Positions 1 through 13,604 of a DNA stretch of 64,000 nt are shown piece after piece. The translations under genes and the position numbers were made by a program. Source of the DNA: Octopus vulgaris (lineage: Eukaryota); NCBI GenBank assembly GCA_951406725.2, contig OX597840.1, positions 27,652,001 through 27,716,000 of the forward strand, given 5' to 3'. Each line of letters opens with the position of its first letter. Position 1 is the stretch's first letter. The notes under the pieces were generated by a model. The model worked only from the letters and a program-made list of their open reading frames with translations, did not search any database and was not told the origin of the DNA.

Positions 1-145
1 CATATCATATTTAGATATAATTTATGTAGACACATATATATGTATAATAATTATGTATTTGTACATATGTATGTATATATACATATATATATATGGTAAT
101 TATATATTTGTATATATACGTAAATGTATATATTTATATGTAGGA

Positions 146-190
<45 letters not shown>

Positions 191-1178
191 TGTATACATA
201 TGTACAGTGATTATATATTTGTATATATACATGTATATCTTTATATATATAGACGCATACACATACACCCACGCTCACATACATATGAATTTATACACAT
301 ACATCCATACGCTTTGAACCGCAGACATACATACGTTCAAACACACATATATGATATTTCATAAATGCATATTATATAGCCTTGTGTGCGTTTGTCTGAA
401 TGTAAGCGCGCGGATATAGAAAGTAATTCATTCATACAAAGATGAATGAAATATTGGAATCGATATTATCGATCTGTAAAAACCCTTGAAGGTGGTGCAT
501 CAACATGGCGGATGTCCAAGAATCAAATACCAGGATAAGAAAACAGATTGGCGCTAGCCTACTAAAAATAGATTATTATTAATATATGATAATAAAGCAG
601 AATATATTAATCCGTTTAAATACGAAAAAAAAAAAAAAAAATCTGACGGGAATTTTATATGAAATTTAGTTGTATGTGAGTCACAGATAGTATTGGGTGA
701 ATGGGAGATTCGAAACTGTGGACTATATGTGAGGAGATAAGGGGAATTTTTGTTAAAAAATATGTGGGGTTATTGCCCCAGCAATAAGAATACAAAAACG
801 AAACAAAAAAATATAATGATAGAAAGGCCACGTGTTCGAAATATATTGATAATGAATCATACAAAGAGGTACACACGTATTCACACACACACAAAACACA
901 CACAACACACACATGCATACAAAGAACTATCCCACCCACATATTCGGCGGGCTTCTTTCAATTTCCATCTACCAAATATAGCTTTTATCACATGGCTTTA
1001 ATCCAACCGAAGGTATAGTAGATGACGCTTGACCGAGTTGCCATACATACATATGTTGATATATTTATATATAAATACATATACATACATATATATATTC
1101 ATATATACATATAAATATATATATTTATATATGTAATGACACTTGCCCAACTTGCCCAACTTGCCATACATACATACA

Positions 1179-1209
<31 letters not shown>

Positions 1210-1225
1210 TTACACACACCTATGA

Positions 1226-1289
<64 letters not shown>

Positions 1290-1385
1290 GTATATGTATT
1301 TCTATATAAAAGCATATACATAAATATACATTTATACAGGTATGTACATACATATATAGAGAGAATTACACATATAGGTATCTAT

Positions 1386-1462
<77 letters not shown>

Positions 1463-1491
1463 CATACAGCTATATATATACGTTCATATAC

Positions 1492-1596
<105 letters not shown>

Positions 1597-1638
1597 TACA
1601 CATATACATATATGTATGAACACACACAAATTCACAAA

Positions 1639-1735
<97 letters not shown>

Positions 1736-2228
1736 TATTTGATTACTCTTTAAGTTTATATTTATACGTTGTTTAAACAGGATTACATCATCATGGCAAA
1801 ACGTTCCGTGCGGTTGACGTTACGCTAAATTTTAATGTGTTTTGGGAATGGCGGCCATAGTATTTAAATGTGTTGCACGGCTTTCATTGGTGATGAGGTT
1901 GGTCTGGAGATTGTTAACGTGATTGGCAGTGTTCTCAATGACGTCCGTTCATTTTGACAGCTATCAGCGTGTGGTGATTAACTCTCTAGTAATCAAAGGT
2001 ACCCAAAACACTTTTAAATACCCAGAACACGAGAAATCTATAGAGACGGGGGAAATAATCCGTTTTACCGGTTTTCTAACATCTTTAAGGCGCATGCGTG
2101 TGTATATAAATAAATATCCACATACACGCACATATATAAATATGGATACACACACACACACATATATATATGTATATACATATATATATGTATATATATA
2201 TATATAAATGTATATATATGTATATATT

Positions 2229-2320
<92 letters not shown>

Positions 2321-2584
2321 TTCTTTCATTTCTTTCATTTGTTTCAGTCATTTGACTGTGGCCATGCTGGAGTATCGCCTTTAGTCGAACAAATCGATTC
2401 AAGGATTTATTTATGTTTAACAACTGAACGAATTTAATAAAAGTATCTAAATATGAAACATTATGAAAATTGTTCAAAATGAAGTCCTTCTTGAGTGACC
2501 ACCATTTGACCAAATGAATAAATAAAACTGAATATTAGGTATTTATGGAATTCTGATTTGCCGTCAGGTGACTTTTAGCCAAGC

Positions 2585-2642
<58 letters not shown>

Positions 2643-2848
2643 ACCTTCGAAACGCGGAGTAGACGAAACAGAGACAACTGAAGAAGGGGAATATTCCTTG
2701 TGTTGTATGTTTTGTACTCTGTTTTTTCGTTGTTTGAAAAAAAGTTCGTTTCCAGGTTTTTGTTTTTATGTTTTCGTTTCTCATTGTGTTCAACGTTTTT
2801 TGGTGTCCTGTACCCATAAATGCATGTATATATAGATATAGATGTAGG

Positions 2849-2911
<63 letters not shown>

Positions 2912-2975
2912 GCATATGTTTATATATTATTTATGTTATTATATATATATATATATATATATATAATTACCAGTA

Positions 2976-3015
<40 letters not shown>

Positions 3016-3679
3016 CCAGTACCAACAGCGGTGGCGCCCCAGCATGGCCGCGGCCTTCGGGCTAAACATTTTCAAGGATTTCAAGGATATATATATATAT
3101 ATATATATACGCATGTATGAATGTATGTGTGCGCGTAAACCTATATGCATGTATAAGCATGTATGTTCTTTTTTTGCGATATATTTTAATTCTTCAAAAG
3201 ATGACATGACTTTTTGAGTTTTGAGAATTCCCGGGGTTTAAGTCATTGTTTGTATATATGTGTGTGTGTGTGTGTGTGCACCTGTACTTACGTTCTGTGT
3301 GGACATGTCTGTTTAGTACTTAGCTCATTGTTTGTGTGTGTATTTGCAAGAATATCAATCTTCAAGTACAGGTAGTATCTTGCAGATATCTAGGGGTCAG
3401 CTGATGACGTTTATTAAGGTGATACCTTTCACCCTGATATAACATAACCGATATTTCCTATTGCCGCATGAAGGCTTGGGACATCTTTGTGTCTATTCTT
3501 TAACAGGTACTTTCTAGCTGACTCCTGTTCCTGGATATCGAAGTCGTATACTTTACGGGTGCAGGAGAAATTACTTGTACCGTTAATGCTCCTGTGATCC
3601 TCTAGCCTGCGAGATCCATGCGTATACACATGTCTGCATTTCGCATAAGAACACAACACAGCACAGTCTAAATATTACG

Positions 3680-3722
<43 letters not shown>

Positions 3723-3741
3723 TACACATATATATACATAC

Positions 3742-3775
<34 letters not shown>

Positions 3776-3811
3776 ATATACATATATATATATGCATACA
3801 CATATATATAC

Positions 3812-3845
<34 letters not shown>

Positions 3846-4003
3846 ATATGCATACACATATATATACATACATATATATATATATATGCATACACATATA
3901 TACATACATACATATATATATATGCATACACATATATACATACATATATATATATGCATACACATATATACATACATACACATATATACATACATACACA
4001 TGT

Positions 4004-4056
<53 letters not shown>

Positions 4057-4260
4057 CTGTCCAGCAGACCCAAAAATTCTTTCCTTCTTCCCTCTCCCTT
4101 CCTCTCTTTCTCTTTAGCACTCACCCCAGATACAAAAACACACACACATATACACACATGTCACTTTCTCCTCATCCATCTCATCCTTTTGTACTGTCTT
4201 ATATTCCTCCCCACCACTACGAAACTCTATAAAAAATGATCAAAATTCCCCACACAGGAA

Positions 4261-4314
4261 CTTAGTTCCATTTGAAAATCCCACTAGAATGGGAGAAAGC
4301 GCTAATGATCTAAG
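4261..4314 (+). ncRNA. Type I hammerhead ribozyme motif, U3-A8 variant, minimal palindromic stem III
   Basis: CAT-TTGAAAA-TCCCA(ctagaa)TGGGA-GAAA-GCGC-TA-ATG. Stem I extends through CTTAG/CTAAG. Putative cleavage triplet CUA. Confidence 0.7.
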
Positions 4315-4401
4315 TGATATGATATATATATATAAACATGTAATATATAAATAAATATTTGTAAATATAAACCATCCGATCTTCTGAGTACCTCATTTCT
4401 T

Positions 4402-4454
<53 letters not shown>

Positions 4455-4470
<16 letters not shown>

Positions 4471-4820
4471 TCATGTCAAAGGGAAATGGAATTTAATTAA
4501 AATTAAAACATTCAATCAAAATTTACATTTCCAGTGGTCGAACGTGCAAAAAAAAATTATTCAAGAAGACTATATATTAGTCATACGATATACCGTATAT
4601 TTAAACACATAAGGAATCCACTTTAAGGGAATTCAGCACGCTACAAAGAACAGCTAGGTTCTGTGAGCCACAAAGATAGCGGATAAAATTCGACAGGAAC
4701 AAATTTGGAAATGAAAAACATTTACCACCTAGTCCCTGGACTAGATTTTAAATTCTAGCGTGGTGAATTCTCTATAAGGCGATTCCGTATGTGTTTATGT
4801 GTTTAAATATACACTATATC
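4455..4820 (+). mobile_element. Degenerate 3' remnant of a Penelope-like element (possible GIY-YIG C-terminus plus decayed HHR at ~4658-4700)
   Basis: Reads ...IIQEDYILVIRYTVYLNT*, resembling the E..YI...P.LN end of PLE ORFs. Followed by GTT-CTGTGA-GCC...GGA-TAAA...GAAC and flanked by (TA)n. Confidence 0.35.
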
Positions 4821-4999
4821 GTTATATATATATATATATTTATATATAGTACAAAGTAAGATAGCGGGTATGAGGGTAACCCACTATGGGATATCAGTTA
4901 TCCAATATACTGCTGGTATATAATTAATAAATAATATGAAATTGTAATATCTGTAAGTTGATGATCGAAATGAATTTGTTCCTCCATTTTCTTATTTGT

Positions 5000-5066
<67 letters not shown>

Positions 5067-5143
5067 CACACACACACATGCACATATATATATATATAGG
5101 AATAAAAAATGGAGTTAACGCAGGTTTAAACAAGTATTTTTTC

Positions 5144-5226
5144 TTTCTACATATGTTTCAAAAATTACACTGATACTTATTCAAAAGAATAAAAGGTATA
5201 AACAATGCAATCTTCTCTTCGACATT
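5144..5226 (-). ncRNA. Degenerate hammerhead motif with long stem II (family also at ~37750 and ~45755)
   Basis: Minus strand: TCGAAGA-GAAGATTGCATTG...CAGTGTAATTTTT-GAAA-C(ATAT)GTA. Confidence 0.5.
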
Positions 5227-5271
5227 TATCCGTGTTAATTGTTAACAAGGTAAAATACACTCATCTATCTA

Positions 5272-5318
<47 letters not shown>

Positions 5319-5550
5319 GCATATATTTATACACACACGCATATATATATATGTATATATTTTTTTTCTCTAGTTTCAGCTCAGAGCTGCGGCCATGCTG
5401 ATGCACCGCCGTTTCATTTTCATATGTATGAATATATATATATATATATGTATAAATGTACACATACATGTATGTGTATATATATGTATATACATAATAT
5501 ATATGTATATGTTTATATATATATATACTTATACATGTGTGTATATATAA

Positions 5551-5628
<78 letters not shown>

Positions 5629-5653
5629 TTATACATGTGTGTATATATAAATG

Positions 5654-5709
<56 letters not shown>

Positions 5710-5744
5710 TATATACATGTATGAGTGTGTGTGTATATATACAT

Positions 5745-5803
<59 letters not shown>

Positions 5804-6375
5804 CGAGTGTGTGTGTGTGTGTGTGTGGTGTGTGTGTGTGTATGACTTGAGTGTTTTTGAAACAATCGACAATCCGGTGAGTGTATATATGTGAGTGTTC
5901 ACACCACGTGCACCCCACCCGGTCATTCTCCGTCCCAACCCACCCTCACCTCCTCTCTCACCACAAACAATCATCTTTTTTTTCTTCTTCATCACACCTG
6001 TCCCGTAAAGAGAATTGCAACTCAGGTAAGCAAAGGTAACCTGAAGCCGTGGCACGCTGCAAATCTTTACATTTCATCACAGCCTCATTTCGAATAGGTG
6101 TGTGTGTGTGTGTGTGCGTGCTTGTGTGTGTGTGCGTGTGGTCGTGTAGGTGTGTGCAGGTGTCTGTGAAGGTATGTTTGTGAGAGTACGCGTGTGTGTA
6201 CGGTTGTGTATATGCTTGTGTTGATGTGTTTGTGGGTGAGTGTATGTGTGTGTGTGTGTGTGTGAATGTGTATTTAGTTGTGTATGAGTGTTTGTATGTG
6301 TGTGTGTGTGTGTGAGACTGCCAGCGCCCCCACCCCCACTACGACCGTTGTAATCATTGCCAATAACAGTACCAA

Positions 6376-6419
6376 TACTACTACCATCAACAGCACCACC
6401 ACCCCCCATTACCACCACG

Positions 6420-6450
<31 letters not shown>

Positions 6451-6513
6451 ATACTGCTGCTACAACAACAACTACTACTACTACTACTACTACTACTAAT
6501 ACTGCTGCTGCTG

Positions 6514-6556
<43 letters not shown>

Positions 6557-6650
6557 CATTACTACTCTACTACCACTTCCACCACCACCACCACCACCTC
6601 CGTTACCATCACTACAACCATCACCACAACTACCACCGCCACCATCACAG
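6376..6650. repeat. (ACT)n/(ACC)n trinucleotide low-complexity tract
   Basis: Runs of act/acc/gct that produce poly-T, poly-P and poly-V ORFs. Confidence 0.9.
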
Positions 6651-7136
6651 ATACCAGCGCCATAATCACCACGGCCTCACTTCCGCTGTCATTGCCGCGC
6701 TCGCGCACACACACACACCACACCAAATGTGACACACCTAGAGACCAACGCCACCATCGCCACCACCACTCCTACGACGACCGCAACGGCCACCACCCCA
6801 TGCTGCCGTACAACGCTAATTGTCACATCGGGTCTACCTTGACACCTCCGCTGTCACCACCACCACCACCACCACCACCACCATCGCCACCACGGTCATC
6901 ACAATACGGAATATTATCAATTTTACGCCAGCTTTAGCACCCCCACCACCACATTCCACAACAACAACAACAACGAACACTGCCCCTTATTCATGCGACG
7001 AAACCCCTCCACCCGCCCTAGTCCAGTACCCTACCCCAAAACAAACCGATCTTTATACCCTTCCGTTGCCTGTGACATCGTTTTTTAACTGTTCAGGTAT
7101 GTGTTCTGGGGAGTGTATGTACACACACACAAACAC

Positions 7137-7205
<69 letters not shown>

Positions 7206-7214
7206 TGTATGTAT

Positions 7215-7740
7215 ACATCTGTGTGTCTCATTGTGTCTGTTTGTCCTCACACACCAACACCGTTTGGTTTGTGTCCCCGTAACTTAGCAGTTCGGCAAAA
7301 GCGACCGATAGGATGAGTAGTGGGCTTAAGAAGGAAGTCGGTGCTGCAGCATGGCCGCAGTCAAATGACTCGTACTAGTAAAAGAAGAGTAAAAGAAAGA
7401 ATTCCTAAGTATATACATTAGCCTCGGGCCTACCAAAGCCTTGTGAGTGGATTTGGTAGACGGAAACTGAAAGAAGCCTGTCGTATATATGTATATATAT
7501 ATATATATGCGTGTGTGTTTGTGTGTCTGTGTTTGTCCCCCTAGCATTGCTTGACAACCGATGCTGGTGTGTTTATGTCCCCGTTACTTAACGGTTCGGC
7601 AAAAGAAACCGATAGAATAAGTACTGGGCTTACAAAGAATAAGTCCCGGGGTCGATTTGCTCGACTAAAAGTGGTGCTCCAGCATGGCCGCAGTCAAAAT
7701 GACGGAAACAAATAAAAAGAGTAAAAAAAGAGAGAAAAAA
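7215..7740 (+). mobile_element. Two 5'-truncated copies of tRNA-derived SINE family A in tandem
   Basis: Match the full copies at 11058 and 46115 (gttcggcaaaag...cagcatggccgcagtcaaatgac). Confidence 0.85.
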
Positions 7741-7759
7741 ATATGTGTGTGTTTGTGTG

Positions 7760-7846
<87 letters not shown>

Positions 7847-8467
7847 CAGTATGTGTCTGACTTAGTGTGTGTTTACCTGTTTGTATGTGTTAAGGATGAC
7901 CGTTAGTGAATGTTAGGGGTGTGTGACAAGGGTGGAAAGGTTGATCATGTTTATTTCCGGCCACCCTCTGTGTAAGTTCCTGTTCTACCTAGGTGGCAGG
8001 GTTCTATAGGGGCTGATTTATTTAGCCTGCAGGAGGTAAGCTCCTCTCTACCCCGTTTCTATTATATCCTTTAATCCTATTAATAACGCTACTCTGCCTC
8101 CCCCGCCTCTCCATCTTTTATATCGCCTTTCTCTTCTTAGTGTCTCTTTCACCGTGGTTGCTGCTGCTGTTGATCTCGTTTTTAGTGTTATTGTTGGTGG
8201 CGTTGTCGAAATTATTGCTGTTGATATTGCTAGTACCGTTGTTAGCATTGTTGTTGTTGTTGTAACAATTGTAACTGTCATTGTTGTTGGTGTTGTTGTT
8301 GCTATTGTCGTTTGATTTTTTTTCAAAAGAGAGATGAAATTCGACGTACAACACCACGACCACCACCACCACCAACCGCGCCACCAAATAATAAGATAAA
8401 CAACACAAACCATAACAATAGCAACAAAGACTGTCATTCTTAAAACGACATCTTTATCATGTAGTCA

Positions 8468-8605
8468 CAGGCGTGGCTGTATGGTAAGAATTTGGCTTCC
8501 CAACCACGAGGTTGCGGGTTCGGTCCCACACCGCGGCCCCTTCGGCAAATGTCTCGAGTTCGCCAGAGCATTTTGAGTGAATTTGGGAGACGGAAACTAA
8601 AAGAA
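8468..8605 (+). mobile_element. SINE family A 5' part, directly followed by Nin-SINE array
   Basis: ggcgtggctgtatggtaag head ... gacggaaactaaaagaag. Confidence 0.75.
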
Positions 8606-9155
8606 GGCGGCGAGCTGACAGAAACGTTAGTACGCCAGGCGAAATGCGTAGCGGCATTTTGTCTGCCGTTACGTTCTGAGTTCAAATTCCGCCGAGGTCG
8701 ACTTTGCCTTTCATCCTTTCGGGGTCGATAAATTAAGCACCAGTTACACACTGGGGTCGATGTAATCGACTTAATCCGTTTGTCTGTCCTTGTTTGTCCC
8801 TTCTGTGTTTAGCCCCTTGTGGGTAATAAAGAAATAGGTATTTTGTCTGCCGTTCAAATTCCGCCAAGGTCGACTTTGCCTTTCATCCTCTCGGGGTCGA
8901 TAAATTAAGTACCAGTTACGCACTGGGATCGATCTAATCGACTTAATCCGTGTGTCTGACCTTGTTTGTCCTCTCTATGTTTAGCCCCCTGTGGGTAATA
9001 AAGAAACAGGTATTTTGTCTGCCGTTACGATCTGAGTTCAAATTCCGCTGAGGTCGACTTTGCCTTTCATTCTTTTGGGGTCGATAAATTAAGTACCAGT
9101 TACGCACTGAGGTCGTTCTAATCGACTTAATCCGTTTGTCTGTCCTTGTTTGTTC
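8606..9155 (+). mobile_element. Nin/Deu-domain tRNA-derived SINE (family B): one full and two partial head-to-tail copies
   Basis: Head ggcggcgagctgacagaaacgttag, B-box gagttcaaattcc. Nin-like domain gactttgcctttcatcctttcggggtcgataaattaag[c/t]accag occurs three times. Confidence 0.85.
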
Positions 9156-9320
9156 CCAGTAGGAGGTATTAGTATCCATGTGGAGTACAGAGTTACGGCT
9201 CTGCTTCCGTTTGAAGATTAAATCCGAAGTCCGCTTCGAAGAATTTCGCATGAAATACCAGAATATATTGGAATGACATAATGAAGAATGGAGAATTATA
9301 GGATATTCTTTTCTACTCAA

Positions 9321-9465
9321 GGCACAAGGCCTGGAATTTTAGGGGAGAGGGCAGTCGATTAGATCGACCCCAGTACGAAACTCATACTGAATTTATTGAC
9401 TCCGAAAGGATGAAAGGCAAAGTCGACCTCGGCGGAATTTGAACTCAGATCGTAAAGACAGTCGA
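9321..9465 (-). mobile_element. SINE family B fragment
   Basis: Reverse complement of the Nin domain (ggatgaaaggcaaagtcgacctcggcggaatttgaactcag). Confidence 0.8.
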
Positions 9466-9817
9466 AATAAAAATGTTCAGGATATTGAGTTAAAAATGAA
9501 CGAAATAAGTCTGTGAAAATTGTTCGTGAGTCCACCAATAACGTTCCTATATCGTATTTCATCATCGTCTTTAATTTTGTTTATTTGTTTTAACTTTGAA
9601 TCATTTTCCATAGTGACCAGCATACAGTCTTTTTTCCTCTTTGCTTCATATTAAGGAATTCCTGACGAGTTTATTCGAAACTTTGTGATCGCACTGAAAA
9701 TATCGATTTTTGTCCTCTACACGCACGAATGCAGAAATACACACACATACATATGGATGTAAGTAGGCGGATAAACAAATAAGAAGATGTCTGGTTGATA
9801 TAACTATCTAAAGATTA

Positions 9818-9889
<72 letters not shown>

Positions 9890-9956
9890 CGGCGATTTTA
9901 ATTAATTTTATTGTATCGCATTTATCTTTGTTTATATATATATATATATATATATA

Positions 9957-10208
9957 AATGCGCCCTTTTAAAGCCTAGCCAGGCTCATGGGCCCGGTTAC
10001 TCGGTTTCTATGGCGTATGTGTTCCCCAGCTGGACGGGACGCCAGTCCATCGCAGCGTTACTCATTTTTGCCTGCTGAGTGAACTGGAGCAACGTGAAAT
10101 GAAGTGTTTTGCTCAAGAACACAATGCATCGCACGGTCCAGGAATCGAAACCACAATCTTACGCTCATGGTGCTGGCACCCTAACCACTAAGCCACGCAC
10201 CTCCACAC
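9957..10208 (-). mobile_element. tRNA-derived SINE family C, full length
   Basis: Reverse complement of the 52001-52266 copy. Confidence 0.85.
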
Positions 10209-10240
10209 TCTCACACACACATACATGTATATATATATAC

Positions 10241-10327
<87 letters not shown>

Positions 10328-10330
10328 TGC

Positions 10331-10370
10331 ACAGTCTGATGAAGGCGAGAAAGCCGAAACTTCGATATTA
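10331..10370 (+). ncRNA. Hammerhead core with stem II; stems I and III degenerate
   Basis: CTGATGA-A-GGC(gagaaa)GCC-GAAA-C, next to (TA)n. Confidence 0.45.
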
Positions 10371-10488
10371 TAATCACCCCTTTTATTTCCTTATTTCATA
10401 TGTACCCTAGTAAAATATAACCTTTCAGTTCAGTTTAATATTCAATTATCTCTAATACATAACGACATAAAACATACATATATAGATG

Positions 10489-10536
<48 letters not shown>

Positions 10537-11057
10537 TGGAGGAAGAGATAAAGATGGCAGTTCAGAGTCACAGTAATTATGTCGGTGACTGCATGCTCGG
10601 AGGATGTCTCTATTTATTATTGTTGTTGTCGACGCTTTGGAAAAAATATTCAACGTGTGGATAACCGGAATTGAAAAGATGTTTATCAGCAGCAATCGCA
10701 TGTGATGAATATCAACCAATGAAAATTAAATAAATTGATTTAATTGAATTAAGTCACTTGTTTAAGTTCTCGAATTTAACAAAAAAAAAATTAAAATTAA
10801 TAAAAGTAGCAAAAAAATGAAGATTTTTTTTTTTCAAATTATCTAATTTAATGGAAAGTTTATTAAATATGTAAATGCGTAACATATTGTAGTTAATAAG
10901 ATTCTAATTTTAAAAAAATCTTTTTATATGCATGTTTACAATATTTACTTCTGAATAAAATGCTGATGAACCGATGAGGGAGCCTCTGCATTGCTAAAAA
11001 TAACAGCTAAAAATTTTCCCCAAATCATATAAGCAACACTTGATAAAAATTAAGATA

Positions 11058-11224
11058 GGCGCAGGAGTGACTGTGTGGTAAGTAGCTTGCTTACCAACCA
11101 CATGGTTCCTGGTTCATTCCCACTGCGTGGCACCTTGGGTAAGTGTCTTCTACTATAGCCTCGGGCCGACCAAAGCCTTGTGAGTGGATTTGGTAGACGG
11201 AAACTGAAAGAAGCCCGTCGTATA

Positions 11225-11268
<44 letters not shown>

Positions 11269-11493
11269 TGTGTGTGTTTGTGTGTCTGTTTGTCCCCCTA
11301 GCATTGCTTGACAACCGATGCTGGTGTGTTTATGTCCCCGTTACTTAGCGGTTCGGCAAAAGAAACCGACAGAATAAGTACTGGGCTTACAAAAGAATAA
11401 GTCCCGGGGTCGAGTTGCTCGATTAAAGGCGGTGCTCCAGCATGGCCGCAGTCAAATGACTGAAACAAGTAAAGGAGTAAAAGAGTAAAGAGT
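11058..11493 (+). mobile_element. SINE family A, full length
   Basis: A-box-like tgactgtgtgg, B-box-like ggttcattccc, CORE-like accttgggtaagt, internal (TA)n/(TG)n, (GAGTAAA)n tail. Confidence 0.9.
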
Positions 11494-12129
11494 ATGTTGT
11501 TAAATACAGTGTAGTCATGGAAACACTGTGATTAAGACAATAAAGGGAAAAGGAGAAAGAGTTAAAGCTCTTTGATGAATCTACTTATTGTCAAAGGAGA
11601 AAGAAAAAGGAACTTCGGTTAGCAGATGTGTTGAATTTGCAGTGAAGCTAAAATAATTCTTTGTACGTATAATAATATATATATATATATATATACAATA
11701 TTTATGAATTCAAATGAATCAGGTACATTAATGATTGGCTCTAAGTAAGGTCGAATTAACTTGTAAACAGCACCTTTAATCGAATAGATATCATGGGTAC
11801 CCATCGTTTATTTTAATTCTTCATAATTTCTGTGTGTGCGCGCGTGTGTGTGTGTGCGTGTGTGTGTGTGAGAGAGAGAGTGAGAGAGAAAGATTGTAGG
11901 ATTATCTAAGCAAAGCTGAACTGGTGGCAAGGTCATGGTTTCGTCTCCCGAACAGAGCAGTGCTATGTGCTCGTGAGGGAAAAACCACTCCACTTCACAT
12001 TTATTCCAGTCTATTCGACCGTAAAGGAGGTCCCCAGTGACGGATTCGCATCATGCTGATTGGAAATGACTTCTCGGAAACCGGACGTTCCACCTTATGA
12101 GTCCAACAACGCGAGATGATGATCAGGCG

Positions 12130-12248
12130 TTGATGATGATGATGATGATAATGATGATGATGTTGATGATGATGATGATGATGATAATGATGTTGCTGAT
12201 GATGATGTTGCTGATGATGATGGTGATGATGATGATGATGATAATGTT
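12130..12248. repeat. (GAT)n microsatellite
   Basis: Direct inspection. Confidence 0.9.
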
Positions 12249-12882
12249 ATGGACGTGAACTGCAAGAAGTACAACAATTCCACGATACTGACTGATTCGG
12301 TCAATTTTCGTCATCGGCTGCCTTATGGGTTTGTGATTCCAGAGAATATTCGAGATTTAGAAACAGAAATTCTTAAACGAAGCATCATATTGTGGTAATC
12401 CAGTAATCCAATAATCCCGTAATTGAACAATCCGGTAAATTACAATCCTGGCATTGAGTTGTTTGACTTGTTTAAGGTTGCGATGTCATATTTGAAGTAA
12501 AACACAAACAAATAAGATAACAATAAGGAATTTCCTCTGGTCAGTCGGGAGAAGACGCTGTAGCGCAAAGCTTAAGGTATTAAGTGGAGATTAGCTGAAC
12601 CTTCGATCGCACTTGTGGCCATCTTCGGAGATAAAGTGGAAAGAATAAAATGTGGATAACTGATTTTTATTGTGGTGCAAATGAAAACAACAAATATTTT
12701 TGAAAATAATAATACTGTAAAGACAGAATAAGAAAGAATGGATTGGCAGTGTCCTTAGAATGTTGAATAACGTACCATTCACGGTTTTGTTCCGAATTGC
12801 ATTGTTAGGAGTTCAAATACCGCCGTTGTCAAGCGGTTTCTAAGAAGAAACATACCCAAAATATAGTGAATTCAATACCGTC

Positions 12883-12922
<40 letters not shown>

Positions 12923-13404
12923 TATACATACCTCATCTATCTGCCTACCTATATATATATATTCTTTTATTTGTTTCAGTCATGTAACTGCGGCCATATG
13001 TGTGTGTGTGTGTGTTTGCTATTATGTTAAACTGTCCAAATTTGGCCAAATGAGTTTATTTTTTTCAATATTTAATTTTAGCTTGCAATAGCCCGTTCAT
13101 TTGGTCAGACTATCGTATCTCCAACCGCTTCAGATGCCACGATATGAAAATTGTCAAAGTGTAGTACAACGGTTTAGCATTTTTCAAAAGTGTAGTAAGT
13201 CCAACATATGTCAGTTTTGCAAAAAATATTTCTGACTGAAAACATCATACAAGCAATGGAGTTAGTATTTTATGCACCTAACAAAGTATTACTGTTAAGC
13301 TGAAACTGTTCCAAATCTAGAAAAAGAAATGGAATGGTGAAACTTTTTCTTCGTTTTCTAAAAAAGCAACGTTTTGGACATACGACACTTTTGCATAACA
13401 GCAA

Positions 13405-13455
<51 letters not shown>

Positions 13456-13533
13456 TAGATAGATACATAGACAGACAGATAGATAGATATTGCATAAACA
13501 TTTGAGATTCGAAATATGAAGGCCAATAATAAT

Positions 13534-13604
<71 letters not shown>

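Noticed and set aside
6357-7287. Thr/Pro-rich mucin-like ORFs
   Set aside because: Explained by ACT/ACC triplet repeats. No splice or domain support.
9658-9692. CTGACGAG...CGAAAC hammerhead-like spacing
   Set aside because: Stem II is 1 bp, and there is no NUH site or stem I.
10960-10995. CTGATGA motif (also at 3401 and 27024)
   Set aside because: No stem II followed by GAAA.
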